From: Trueperaceae bacterium
Lineage (GTDB): Bacteria; Deinococcota; Deinococci; Deinococcales; Trueperaceae
NCBI GenBank assembly: GCA_965213925.1
Contig: OZ243927.1
Location: 4,512,001-4,576,000 of the forward strand
Direction: 5' to 3'
DNA: 64,000 nucleotides
Shown here: positions 1-9,059 of the stretch, piece after piece
Numbering within the stretch: position 1 is the first letter of the stretch
How the letters are laid out: each line of letters opens with the position of its first letter
Made by a program: the position numbers and the translations under genes
Notes under the pieces: model-generated
What the model was told of the DNA's origin: nothing
What the model saw: the letters and a program-made list of their open reading frames with translations, nothing else
Databases searched by the model: none

Positions 1-51
1 CGTCACGGGTCTCTAAACTAGAGCCAGAATACCGCGTCTGAAGGAGACCTC

Positions 52-1281
52 ATGCCAGCTTACGAATATAAAGCCAGAGACCGCACTGGTAAAGTGATCA
101 CCGCCTCGATGGAGGCCGCTTCACAGCGCGACGTGGCCGCCGCCTTGCGTGACAAAGGACTTATCCCCACCGAGATCAAAGTGCCTAAAGGCGGCCTTAA
201 CGCCGACATCAAATTGCCCGCTTGGTTAGACATTGGTAGCAAACCCAACATGCGCGACGTGACGCTCTTTAGCCGTCAGTTCGCGACTGTCATCAATGCG
301 GGTCTACCCGTTGTGCAGTCACTTTCTATCTTGCAGAAGCAAGCGGAGAAACAGGGGCTTAAAGACGCCCTCAAAAAGATTCGCGAGGACGTAGAGACGG
401 GCTTACCTCTCTCCGAAGCGCTAGCGAAATTTCCGAGTATTTTCAACCGCCTCTATATCTATCTAGTACGTGCGGGTGAAGCGTCCGGTAACTTAGACGG
501 CATCTTAGAGCGCATCGCGAGCTATCAGGAGAAGCAAGCAGCCTTACGCGGCAAGCTTAAAAGTGCTATGACTTACCCTACCGTCGTCATGGTGATCGCC
601 CTCGGCGTCACGTACTTTTTGCTCACGGGGATCGTGCCGCAGTTCGCGGGCATCCTCACGCAGCTAGGTGGCGACTTACCCCTCATCACGCGAATCCTCA
701 TGGGCATCAGCGATTTTTTGACCCAGCAGTGGTATTTGCTTCCCATCATCATCGGTAGTATCGTCGGCGGTATCGGCTTCGCTTACCGCACCGACAAGGG
801 GCGGCACGTCATCGACGGCCTCCTCCTTAAAATGCCTATTATCGGCAACTTGGTGCAAAAAACGGCGATCGCGAGCTTCTCGAATACCTTTGGACTCCTG
901 CTTAAAAGTGGGGTCAACATCATCGAGTCCATCGAGATTACCAAGGGTACGGCGGGCAACGTCATCGTAGAAGACGTGCTGAGCGAGGCGAAACAAGCCG
1001 TGCAGCGCGGCGAGCAGATCAGCGCGACGCTGATCGACCATCCGACGGTCTTCCCGCCTCTCGTTAGCTCGATGGTGGCTATCGGAGAGGAAACGGGCGC
1101 GGTGGACAGCATGCTAGAAAAGATTGCCTCTTTCTATGAGCGTGAGGTCAACGAGGCTGTGGAAGGATTGACGGCAGCTTTAGAGCCTCTACTCATTGTT
1201 TTCTTAGGTGGCGTGGTCGGTTTTATCGTCGCAGGTATGTTTTTGCCGATGTTTGCGATTATCGGGCAGCTTAGTGGCTAA
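52..1281 (+). CDS. pilC: Type IV pilus inner-membrane platform protein PilC (GspF family)
   Basis: 409 aa with two T2SSF repeats (RQFATVINAGLP..., GEASGNLD, GEETGAVD) and C-terminal MFLPMF; AAGGAG RBS. Confidence 0.95.
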   Translation: MPAYEYKARDRTGKVITASMEAASQRDVAAALRDKGLIPTEIKVPKGGLNADIKLPAWLDIGSKPNMRDVTLFSRQFATVINAGLPVVQSLSILQKQAEKQGLKDALKKIREDVETGLPLSEALAKFPSIFNRLYIYLVRAGEASGNLDGILERIASYQEKQAALRGKLKSAMTYPTVVMVIALGVTYFLLTGIVPQFAGILTQLGGDLPLITRILMGISDFLTQQWYLLPIIIGSIVGGIGFAYRTDKGRHVIDGLLLKMPIIGNLVQKTAIASFSNTFGLLLKSGVNIIESIEITKGTAGNVIVEDVLSEAKQAVQRGEQISATLIDHPTVFPPLVSSMVAIGEETGAVDSMLEKIASFYEREVNEAVEGLTAALEPLLIVFLGGVVGFIVAGMFLPMFAIIGQLSG

Positions 1282-1379
1282 CGTGTCAAGTAAAGCTATA
1301 CTCGGCAAAATAAACTCGTAGTTGGCAACGAGTTGGCAATTCTAACGACTTAGAGTTGGCAAGGATGGAAGACCTTCAA

Positions 1380-1409
1380 AGGTGCGGTGCTTCATAGAGC
1401 ACCGCACCT
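1380..1409. terminator. Hairpin downstream of pilC, possible terminator
   Basis: 12-bp perfect stem AGGTGCGGTGCT/AGCACCGCACCT, 6-nt loop; weak U-tract. Confidence 0.5.
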
Positions 1410-1892
1410 CAATTACTGCGAAAATATATCAATGTCGCGAGACTTCATACTTTACTTTCTATCACCGACTTTAATCGCACCTTTTCAAGGCTTCTAAAAT
1501 TCTCGGTAGTGGTTCAATTCCGAATGATCTCCAGGTTGTAACGAACTAAGAAGCGATGCAAACAGTTGAGGTGCCTATGCTCAGACTTGGAGAAGGCTAA
1601 GGTCTTGCGGACGAAGCGAGCGAGGCGTTGGCGTAAAGTGTTGTTGAAGCGTTCGACGTGAGCGGTTAAGCCAGAAGCTTTGCTCACGGGTTGATGATGT
1701 TCGTCTAGTAGTACGCTCTGGTAGGTTTCCCAAAAGTCGCTGTAACGAAGACCTTGCTTGTAGTTTTCAGGAATGCCCTTCCAGAGTTGCTTACAGGTGG
1801 CTGCGCCGCGCCCACCTATGACGCAAGCGACCACTTGACGGGCCTGCTTACACAAAGCGGTAGTGGTCGCACCCCGAATGCTATAGTAGGGC

Positions 1893-2171
1893 ATGGTTAC
1901 GAAGACACTCACCTGTTACCACTGCGACAGCGAGAACATCGTCAAGAACGGCGTAGCGCCGAATGGGAAGCAGAAGTATCGCTGTAAGGACTGTAAAAAG
2001 CAGAGCCGTGAGGAGCCGAGTCCGAATGGCTACACTGAGCCGCGCAAAGAGGAGATTTTAAGCGCGTATGAGGAGCGTTCCAGTTTAAGAGGGCTTGAGC
2101 GCACCTTCGGGGTGGCGCGTAGCACGGTGAGTCGCTGGCTCAAAAAAAACGAAGAAAACTCCCCGCACTGA
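1893..2171 (+). CDS. insA: IS1 InsA (zinc finger plus HTH)
   Basis: CYHC...CKDC, HTH SLRGLERTFGVARSTVSRW; A8C slippery site at 2142-2150. Confidence 0.9.
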   Translation: MVTKTLTCYHCDSENIVKNGVAPNGKQKYRCKDCKKQSREEPSPNGYTEPRKEEILSAYEERSSLRGLERTFGVARSTVSRWLKKNEENSPH

Positions 2172-2206
2172 AAGACACCCTTGTCAGGTTCGATGTTCCT
2201 CAGCGC

Positions 2207-2620
2207 GTGGAGCTAGAGCTTGATGAGTTGCACTCGTTTGTGCAGAAGAAAGCGAAGAAACGCTGGGTGTGGATCGCTTTATGCAAGCAGACTCGTCAAG
2301 TGGTTGCTTGCGTCATAGGTGGGCGCGGCGCAGCCACCTGTAAGCAACTCTGGAAGGGCATTCCTGAAAACTACAAGCAAGGTCTTCGTTACAGCGACTT
2401 CTGGGAAGCCTATCAGAGCGTACTGCCAGACGAACACCACCAAGCTGTCAGTAAAGCTACAGGTCTTACTTCCCACGTTGAGCGCTTCAACAACACACTC
2501 AGGCAACGTCTTGCTCGCTTCGTGCGCAAGACGTTGGCATTCTCTAAGTCCGAGCATATGCATCTTACCTGTCTACACCGCTTCCTCGTCCGTTACAACC
2601 TGGAGATCATTCGGGATTGA
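2207..2620 (+). CDS. insB: IS1 InsB DDE domain, probably expressed by -1 frameshift from insA
   Basis: ELDELHSFV, YSDFW, HVERFNNTLRQRLAR; the -1 frame is open from the A8 run (KKRRKLPALKDTL). Confidence 0.9.
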   Translation: MELELDELHSFVQKKAKKRWVWIALCKQTRQVVACVIGGRGAATCKQLWKGIPENYKQGLRYSDFWEAYQSVLPDEHHQAVSKATGLTSHVERFNNTLRQRLARFVRKTLAFSKSEHMHLTCLHRFLVRYNLEIIRD

Positions 2621-3015
2621 ACCACTACCCACAAAGCAACCCATAGCCAACGTCTCTTGCTTTTCTTCTGCACGAATGAGTGCATCTCATCGAGTTCTAG
2701 CTCTACGCGCTCAGGCGTATCGAAAGAGACAAGCGTGTAAGGTTGGTATTCTTCGTTTTTCTTGAGCCAGCGGCTCACCGTGCTACGCGCCACTCTAAAG
2801 GTGCGCTCTAGCCCTCTAAGACTCGAACGCTCTTCATATGCGCTTAAAATCTCCTCCTTACGATTCTCCGTATACCCATTCGGGCTTGGCTCCTCGTCGT
2901 TCATCCCCGAAAGGGGGCGGCTTTGTTTCTTACAGCTTTTGCACCTGTATTTCTGCTTCCCATTGGGCGCTACGCCGTTCTTGACAATGTTCTCGCTGCC
3001 GCAGTGATAGCAAGT

Positions 3016-3118
3016 CATACGAGGTTGCACGACATAGTTTGCAAACTATGTCGTGCCCATCTGTGACAGTAAGCTTTGACGCTCTCGGTAAGGATAAGTA
3101 AACCGTGCAATTCCGTAT
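3016..3118. mobile_element. MITE-like insertion in the outer IS1 insA
   Basis: Imperfect TIRs ATACGAGGTTGCACG / CGTGCAATTCCGTAT; interrupts MVTKIL|TCYHC relative to the inner copy. Confidence 0.75.
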
Positions 3119-3170
3119 AAGTATCTTTGTAACCATACCTTGCTCTGACATTCAGGATGCGACCACTACC

Positions 3171-3803
3171 GGCAGGTTTTGAAAGCGGGCGAGTTGCGTG
3201 AACCGTTCGCCCTCTAAAGGAATCAGCAAGCTGTCCAGAAAGCGTTTGCGTTCGCCCGTCAGCAGAGGTGCCAGGCGTTCATACGTCACCTCCTTCGCGC
3301 GTGGCAACTAAGCGTTCCAGACTGCTCAAACCGGGTCTGAGGATGGCGTGCCAGCGCAAGCGTTCCAACAGGGTACACAGCAGGTAACTCTCTTTGTCGT
3401 GTTCCAGGGAGCATTCGACCAGCCAATCCTCTAAAGCCAGCAGGTCAAGCGGGGTGACCCGCCGGAAACCCAAATCCCATGTGATATGTAGCAGATGGTC
3501 GCTGCGGGTCTGCTCGCGTTCACCGTAACGGCTGAGCGTGGTCTGGGCAACACCGAGTTGCTGGGCAATCAGGGCGAGGAGGTCAGGAGGTGGTGTTAGA
3601 AGATCGTCAGGTATAGACCCGAGGTAGCGCAAACTGGTGAGTTGTAAGGTGAAGCCCAGCCGGTTGTGCTCACTGCGCTGTTGCTCTATCAGGGCTAGGT
3701 CCTGAGGGCTCAGCGTAAAGAAGCGCCCCAAGTCCCCGTCGGGCATGTCCTCAGGATAGCGGCTGAGCTTAGCGTGTTCCGCCCCTGATAAAAAGGCGAC
3801 CAC
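3171..3803 (-). pseudogene. Tn3-family transposase N-terminal fragment (DUF4158-like), frameshifted and truncated by IS1
   Basis: FFTLSPQDLALI..HNRLGFTLQLTSLRYLG, YGEREQTRSDH, ILRPGLSSLERLV. Confidence 0.85.
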
Positions 3804-3806
3804 GCA

Positions 3807-4312
3807 CTAGACCTTAGTTTCTTTGCTACGACCGCACACCACAACCTTGCGGTGTGCTAAGTATTTGTAAAGCGTAGGTTTACTGATACCCAGTTGCTGC
3901 GTGATAGCCCACACGCTGAGGTTGCCCTCTTTATAGAGAGTTTCAGCCGCCATCGCGGTTGCCTCGGCTTGCTTGGACAATCCACCGGGACGCCCGCCTA
4001 TGCGACCCCTAGCGCGAGCCGCGTGCAAACCCGCCTACGTGCGTTCCCGGATGAGGTCACGCTCAAACTCGGTTAGCGACGCAAAGATGTTGAAGATCAG
4101 GCGACCCTGCGCAGTGGTTGTATCTACCGGGTCGTTCAGGCTGATGAGTCCGACCCGGCGCTCGATCAACTCGTTCGTGAGCGCAACGAGGTGTTTCAGA
4201 GAGCGACCCAATCTGTCGAGTTTCCAGATGACCATTACATCTCCTTGCCTGAGATTTGTCAGCAGGTCTTCGAGCACAGGTCGCGTCGTCTTTACGCCAC
4301 TGACGACCTGCG
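3807..4312 (-). pseudogene. Tn3 serine resolvase pseudogene (5' truncated, internal TAG at 4035-4037)
   Basis: VIWKLDRLGRSL, EFERDLIRERT*AGLHAARARGRIGGRP, C-terminal HTH. Confidence 0.9.
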
Positions 4313-4319
4313 CAGTTAT

Positions 4320-4615
4320 TGGCGGTGGGCTGAGCGCCGAGGATGTACTCTCGGTTGACGGTGAGCAGCTCTGCGGGTCAGCTAGTGAAGAACTTAGAGC
4401 GGTGCATATGCTCAATGTTTGCTCACACCAACATGGTTTGTGCTTAACCTCCACAGCGGTAGACGGCAAGAGCAACGAAATTACCAGTGTGCCTGGGCTG
4501 CTCGATACACTCTCGCTGCTCAACTTAGCAGGCTGCATAGTCACTGTAGACGCACTCAACACGCAGCGCGAAATCGCTCGCAAAATAAAACAGCACCAAG
4601 GCGAGTACGTTATCC
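4320..4615 (+). pseudogene. ISAs1-family transposase fragment
   Basis: VLSVDG..., VDGKSNEITSVPGLL, GCIVTVDALNTQREIA; boundaries approximate. Confidence 0.8.
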
Positions 4616-4624
4616 AGTCAAGCC

Positions 4625-5045
4625 GGACGAAGGGCAAAGTGCACATAACCGAGGCGTGCGACGAGGTCTATCCACACCTCATCACGTAGGTGATGGCTAC
4701 GACTGCATCTACCGCCGATGTTTCAGCGACAGCCGACGTTCACGAAATCCTAGCTGAGCGCGAGTTGCTCCCGAGCGAGCATCTGGTGAATTCGGGCTAC
4801 ATGGGCGCGGATTTACTCGTGGAGGCCCGCACACAGCACAGGCTCGCGCTTGTCGGACCGCTGAATAATAAACCGCAGTTGGCAGAGTCGGGCGGGGCAA
4901 GGCTACGACCTAGAGAGCTTCGACGTGGACTGGGAAAACCAGCGCGTCACCTGTCCGCAGGGGAAGGTCGCCACGGACTGGTGGCAGAACCAAAACGGCG
5001 GCGTACCCTCCATCAGGGTGCAATTCGACTTTCAGGACTGCTTTG
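4625..5045 (+). pseudogene. IS1182-family transposase fragment
   Basis: KVHITEACD..PHLIT, LLPSEHLVNSGY, FDVDWENQRVTCPQGK, with stop and frameshift; boundaries approximate. Confidence 0.7.
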
Positions 5046-5137
5046 GTTACGAAATATACAACAGCTCAACCTCGCATTCCTCACATGCAAGCGCTAGCTC
5101 TTGCAAAATCAAGTATACTGAGGTCAAGGAGGCTGTT

Positions 5138-5632
5138 ATGGCTACAAGTTTACCTCAGGCAACCTTGTCTAGCACAAAAGTGTTCTTTCATACCCTTTCG
5201 GCAGATCAACCTAGCAGGGTTAAGCGCAAAACCTTTGAAGCTATTACGGGACTTGACTACTATGCACTCGACACCATATGGCTCAAACAGGGTGAGGTAC
5301 CCGAGCATCTCTCAGCTAGGGCGATGATGACCAACCTAGGTGCGCTCTTGGACCTTCGCAGCAAAGAGGTTGCGTCACTCCTCGGCGTCAGCGAGTCCCG
5401 CATCAGTCGCAACGACCGAGTGACTCTCGCCATGCTCGACCGCGCTGAGGGGATCAGCGATACTTTTGCTAGGGTCGCCGCCGTCCTCGGCTTCGAGCAC
5501 GCGCGTGACTGGTTTAAGGCACCTAACGCGGCGTTAGAGGGTTCGTCTCCCTATACACTGCTGAGCACCCACTACGGTCAGAAGAAGGTCGATAACTTGG
5601 TCACTGCGCTCCTCAATGGGGCGGTTGTTTGA
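5138..5632 (+). CDS. Xre/MbcA/ParS-type antitoxin
   Basis: AAGGAGG RBS before ATG 5138; HTH (EVASLLGVSESRISR) plus C-terminal ARDWFKAPNAALEGSSPYTLL; stop overlaps the RES gene start. Confidence 0.85.
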   Translation: MATSLPQATLSSTKVFFHTLSADQPSRVKRKTFEAITGLDYYALDTIWLKQGEVPEHLSARAMMTNLGALLDLRSKEVASLLGVSESRISRNDRVTLAMLDRAEGISDTFARVAAVLGFEHARDWFKAPNAALEGSSPYTLLSTHYGQKKVDNLVTALLNGAVV

Positions 5633-6270
5633 TCCGAGTTTACCGGCTCGCTCACGAGCTGGCACTAGCTAAGAACCCCCAACCCTTTCGACCAGCCCCT
5701 AGTGAAAACCGTTGGAACTCAGCGGATACGCAGGTTGCTTACTGCGGTGAACACCTGGCGCTCAGCGCATTAGAACTCCTGACCTACTGGGGGCACTACC
5801 CTAACATGCGTGGCTACCGGCTCTTTACGCTCAACATCCGCCCCGAGGACGTGGAGGATGTGCTTGATCAGCGTCCTGATATCGACTCAAGGGATTACAG
5901 TCAAACGCGCCGCTACGGTGACCTCTGGGTCGAAGAGGGGCGTTCGCTGGCGCTTAAAGTACCTAGCGTCGTGCTTCCCATGAGTTACAACTATCTCGTC
6001 AATCCCCAGCACCCTGCTTTTGACCCGGACGCAGTCACCTCTCATGGCGCATTCGAATACGAAGACCGTATTGCGAGGCTCGTCGAGGTGGCAAAAGAAA
6101 TCACTCTTCGAGTTGAAGATGTCTTTCCTAAAAGCCTTCTGCGACGAACGCGCGCAACTGCACCGTCAGCCACCCTACTCCCTCATCGATCTAGGTTAGC
6201 TTGCAACTCGGTCGTGGCGGACACGGTGCGCAAGGATATCCGGAACGTGCGCCTCCGCCCAAGCCAGTAG
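5629..6270 (+). CDS. RES-domain toxin (MbcT/ParT-like NAD+-consuming enzyme), with C-terminal extension
   Basis: NRWNS..VAYCGEHLALSALE, LKVPSVVLP..YNYLVNPQHP. Confidence 0.85.
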   Translation: MIRVYRLAHELALAKNPQPFRPAPSENRWNSADTQVAYCGEHLALSALELLTYWGHYPNMRGYRLFTLNIRPEDVEDVLDQRPDIDSRDYSQTRRYGDLWVEEGRSLALKVPSVVLPMSYNYLVNPQHPAFDPDAVTSHGAFEYEDRIARLVEVAKEITLRVEDVFPKSLLRRTRATAPSATLLPHRSRLACNSVVADTVRKDIRNVRLRPSQ

Positions 6271-6585
6271 GGGCTGCAGCACGACGGTCAGCTCACGCCC
6301 TAGCGGTGTCAAGCTGTACTCCACTTGGATTGGGCTCGTGGTGAACACCTTCCGGTTCACTAAGCCGTCGCGCTCTAAGTTCCTCAAAGTTTGCGTGAGC
6401 ATCTTCTGCGAGATGCCTTCGACCCGCCTCCTTAGCTCGCCGAAGCGGTAGGGACGCTCGTCTAGCGTAACAATGACGATGGCTGCCCACTTATCTGCGA
6501 CGCGAACGAGCAATTCGCGCGAGGGACACTGCTGCGAATATACGCTAGCTCTTGCGGTAGGGTGTTCTTTACTCAACGTAACCAT
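6196..6585 (-). CDS. HxlR-family winged-helix regulator
   Basis: CPSRELL..ADKWA, RFGELRR..GISQKMLTQTLRNLERDGLV, VEYSLTPLG. Confidence 0.92.
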   Translation of the reverse strand: MVTLSKEHPTARASVYSQQCPSRELLVRVADKWAAIVIVTLDERPYRFGELRRRVEGISQKMLTQTLRNLERDGLVNRKVFTTSPIQVEYSLTPLGRELTVVLQPLLAWAEAHVPDILAHRVRHDRVAS

Positions 6586-6691
6586 CTCCTATGCAGTTAC
6601 TTCCAGGTACCTGGTTGACGTTAGTAACCATAGCACCGTAAGCTGATGGCGTTGTCACCGGTGGCGATACTCAAACCCTAAGGAGAAGGTT

Positions 6692-7321
6692 ATGAGAATC
6701 GCAGTGTTAGGCACAGGTAACGTCGGTAAGAGGTTGGGCCTACTTATGTATCAGCAAGGGCATGAGGTGCGCTACGGCTCACGTGATCCGAGCGGGCGCT
6801 CAGGTGATTTGCTCCATGACGACGCACAGGTCGCAGGCTACGTTGAGGCTATCCGTAATGCAGAGGTTGTTTTCGTGGCGACACCGTGGGCTGAAAACGT
6901 AACCCTTAATATCCTCGCTTCGCTCGAGTCAACCGAGAGCCAAATCTATATCGACTGCACGAACCCACTCGCGCCCGACTATATGTCCAACCTGATCGGG
7001 CACACGACTTCTGCCGGGGAGCAGGTCGTTGAAGCGGTCCTACCCGCCAAAACGGTCAAGGCGTTCAACACTATCTTCGCCAATGTGATGGTGCTGGGTC
7101 AGCAGCAGTTTGGCGGTGTGAAGGGGACCGAGTTTTACTGTGGAGATGAAAAAGCCGCTAAGGAGGTGGTGAGGCAGCTCATCGACCAAGCGGGCTTCGA
7201 CCCCGTCGATGCCGGACCGATGCGCAACGCGCGCTACTTAGAAGCGACGGCGCAGCTCAACATCCAGATCGCGTTCGGTATGGGCGGCGGCACCGATGCG
7301 GCGTTTAGGTACTGGACTTGA
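6692..7321 (+). CDS. NADPH-dependent F420 reductase-like oxidoreductase
   Basis: GTGNVG Rossmann motif, IDCTNPL, VKAFNT, GFDPVDAG; AAGGAG RBS; divergent from HxlR. Confidence 0.88.
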   Translation: MRIAVLGTGNVGKRLGLLMYQQGHEVRYGSRDPSGRSGDLLHDDAQVAGYVEAIRNAEVVFVATPWAENVTLNILASLESTESQIYIDCTNPLAPDYMSNLIGHTTSAGEQVVEAVLPAKTVKAFNTIFANVMVLGQQQFGGVKGTEFYCGDEKAAKEVVRQLIDQAGFDPVDAGPMRNARYLEATAQLNIQIAFGMGGGTDAAFRYWT

Positions 7322-7332
7322 GTAGGTCTAAC

Positions 7333-9059
7333 GGCTCTTCCAACGAGTGCGTGGTTAGAAAGGGCTTGTTCTCAGCGCTTAGAACGCTCAGCCTAGAGCA
7401 TGAACTGTTTTGGGTTATTTCCAGGTTGTGAAGTCGGTAGAGTCGAACATTCAGAAACGGGGCTGACGCTTTTCCTTCACGCGTGCAAGCGAAGCTCATA
7501 TTGCCCGAGCTGTGCCCTAGGTTCGAAGCGAGTCCACAGTTACCACACGCGCTCCATCAGGGACACGGCGCTCAGCGAAAGGGCTGTTCATCTGCGTTTC
7601 AGGGTACGCCGCTTCTACTGTCTAAACGTGGGCTGCCAGCGGCGCACGTTTACAGAGAGGTTGAAGTTGTTTGCGCCTCACGCGAGGCGCACCTTTCGGC
7701 TCATCAACCTGCAAACTACGGTGGGGACGTTTCTCGGTGGTGAAGCTGGCTCGCGTCTGCTCGGGAGACTGCAGATGCCTCTATGCGGGGCTGCCTTGTT
7801 GCAGAGCATCCGCACACAAATGGCGGAGCATAACCCCACCCCGCGCGTCTTAGGCGTGGACGACTGGGCGATCAAAAAGGGGCGCAGCTACGGCACGGTC
7901 CTCGTCGATCTCGAGAAACATAAGGTCGTGGACTTGCTCTCTGAGTGCAGCGCGGCGGCGCTCGAGCTATGGCTTAGGAATAGCCCAGGCGTTGAAATCA
8001 TTGTGCGGGACAGGTCTTATGATTACATGATGGGAGCTAATGCAGGTGCACCAGAGGCAACTCAGGTTGCCGATCGCTGGCACCTGCTCCACAACCTTCA
8101 GGAGATGCTCGAGCGGTGGCTTGCCACCGTGTACGCAATCTTGCGGCACCTACCGGTTGCGCCCGAACTTCAGCCTGAGGTCGAAACGCTCATGTCGCGG
8201 CGACACCGCACCTCTAGACCGACTCGGGCAGCCAAAGAAGCAGGTGAGGTTAACCGTGCTAAACGTTTAGCGCGCTTCAATAAGGTGAAAACGCTCTATA
8301 CATCAGGAATGTCGCTGCTAACGATTAGTAAAAAGCTCGGAATGGACCGGAAAACGGTGCGGGCTTACGCCTACGCCGAGAGCTTCCCTGAAAGAGCACC
8401 TTTCCCCTACGTCCCCAATGTGCTCACGCCTTACCTCGACTACTTGGAGAAACGCCACGCTGAGGGATGCGAGAACGCCTCACAGCTCTACAGGGAGATT
8501 TACGCCCAAGGCTACCGGAGCACGAAGTGGCATGTCCTATGGTGGATGCAGCCGAGACGCCGTACCCCTTCGGAGCACACCCCCAATAAAAAGAGGAAAC
8601 CTTCGGGCGACAAGCACACGAATAAACCCGTCGCCAAACTCGCGTTGCCTTCAGCGCCGCAACTTTCATGGCTGATGGTGCGCGATGGGGATACACTTAA
8701 AGATGAGGAAGCGCTCGTCCTCAAGCACCTCTCACAGCACCAAGCGTTCCTCTTCATGCGTGAGCACGCCAAAGCGTTTCAGAAGATGATCTGCCAGCGT
8801 GAGGCAGATGAATTCGATGCCTGGCTGGAGACTTCCCTTAGAAGTGGCGTTCTGCAGCTAAAGACGTTCGCCGAGGGACTCAAACGCGACTACGCTGAGG
8901 TAAGAGCCGCCCTAGAACTGCCCTGGAGTAATGGACAGACGGAAGGTCAGGTCAACAAGCTCAAATTGATTAAGCGGCAGATGTATGGGCGGGCGAACTT
9001 CGATCTACTACGCCAGAGGGTGCTACTCGCTGCCTGACCACGCACTCGTTGGAAGAGCC
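7333..9059 (+). mobile_element. ISL3-family element
   Basis: Perfect 23-bp TIRs GGCTCTTCCAACGAGTGCGTGGT at 7333-7355 and 9037-9059; no matching TSD. Confidence 0.93.
7400..9037 (+). CDS. ISL3-family transposase
   Basis: Zinc finger CPSC/CLNVGC, LGVDDWA, ADRWHLL, WSNGQTEGQVNKLKLIKRQMYGRA. Confidence 0.95.
   Translation: MNCFGLFPGCEVGRVEHSETGLTLFLHACKRSSYCPSCALGSKRVHSYHTRSIRDTALSERAVHLRFRVRRFYCLNVGCQRRTFTERLKLFAPHARRTFRLINLQTTVGTFLGGEAGSRLLGRLQMPLCGAALLQSIRTQMAEHNPTPRVLGVDDWAIKKGRSYGTVLVDLEKHKVVDLLSECSAAALELWLRNSPGVEIIVRDRSYDYMMGANAGAPEATQVADRWHLLHNLQEMLERWLATVYAILRHLPVAPELQPEVETLMSRRHRTSRPTRAAKEAGEVNRAKRLARFNKVKTLYTSGMSLLTISKKLGMDRKTVRAYAYAESFPERAPFPYVPNVLTPYLDYLEKRHAEGCENASQLYREIYAQGYRSTKWHVLWWMQPRRRTPSEHTPNKKRKPSGDKHTNKPVAKLALPSAPQLSWLMVRDGDTLKDEEALVLKHLSQHQAFLFMREHAKAFQKMICQREADEFDAWLETSLRSGVLQLKTFAEGLKRDYAEVRAALELPWSNGQTEGQVNKLKLIKRQMYGRANFDLLRQRVLLAA

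Larger units (their letters stand above)
1859..2629 (+). mobile_element. Complete IS1-family element (inner copy)
   Basis: Terminal IRs GGTAGTGGT.../...ACCACTACC; 8-bp TSD CACAAAGC at 1851-1858 and 2630-2637. Confidence 0.95.
1505..3170 (-). mobile_element. IS1-family element (outer copy), disrupted by three insertions
   Basis: Ends GGTAGTGGTTC at 1505 and GCGACCACTACC ending 3170; InsA zinc finger (CYHC..CKSC) and InsB (ELDEMHSFV, HVERFNNTLRQR) split at WVAL|CKQ; no flanking TSD. Confidence 0.9.

Noticed and set aside
52..1281. pilC lying 55 kb from pilB-pilT as evidence of rearrangement
   Set aside because: An unlinked pilC is normal in Thermus and related genomes.
4925..5137. N-terminal extension of the antitoxin ORF (235 aa in the track)
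   Set aside because: The upstream part is an IS1182 remnant that is in frame by chance; a strong RBS supports ATG 5138.
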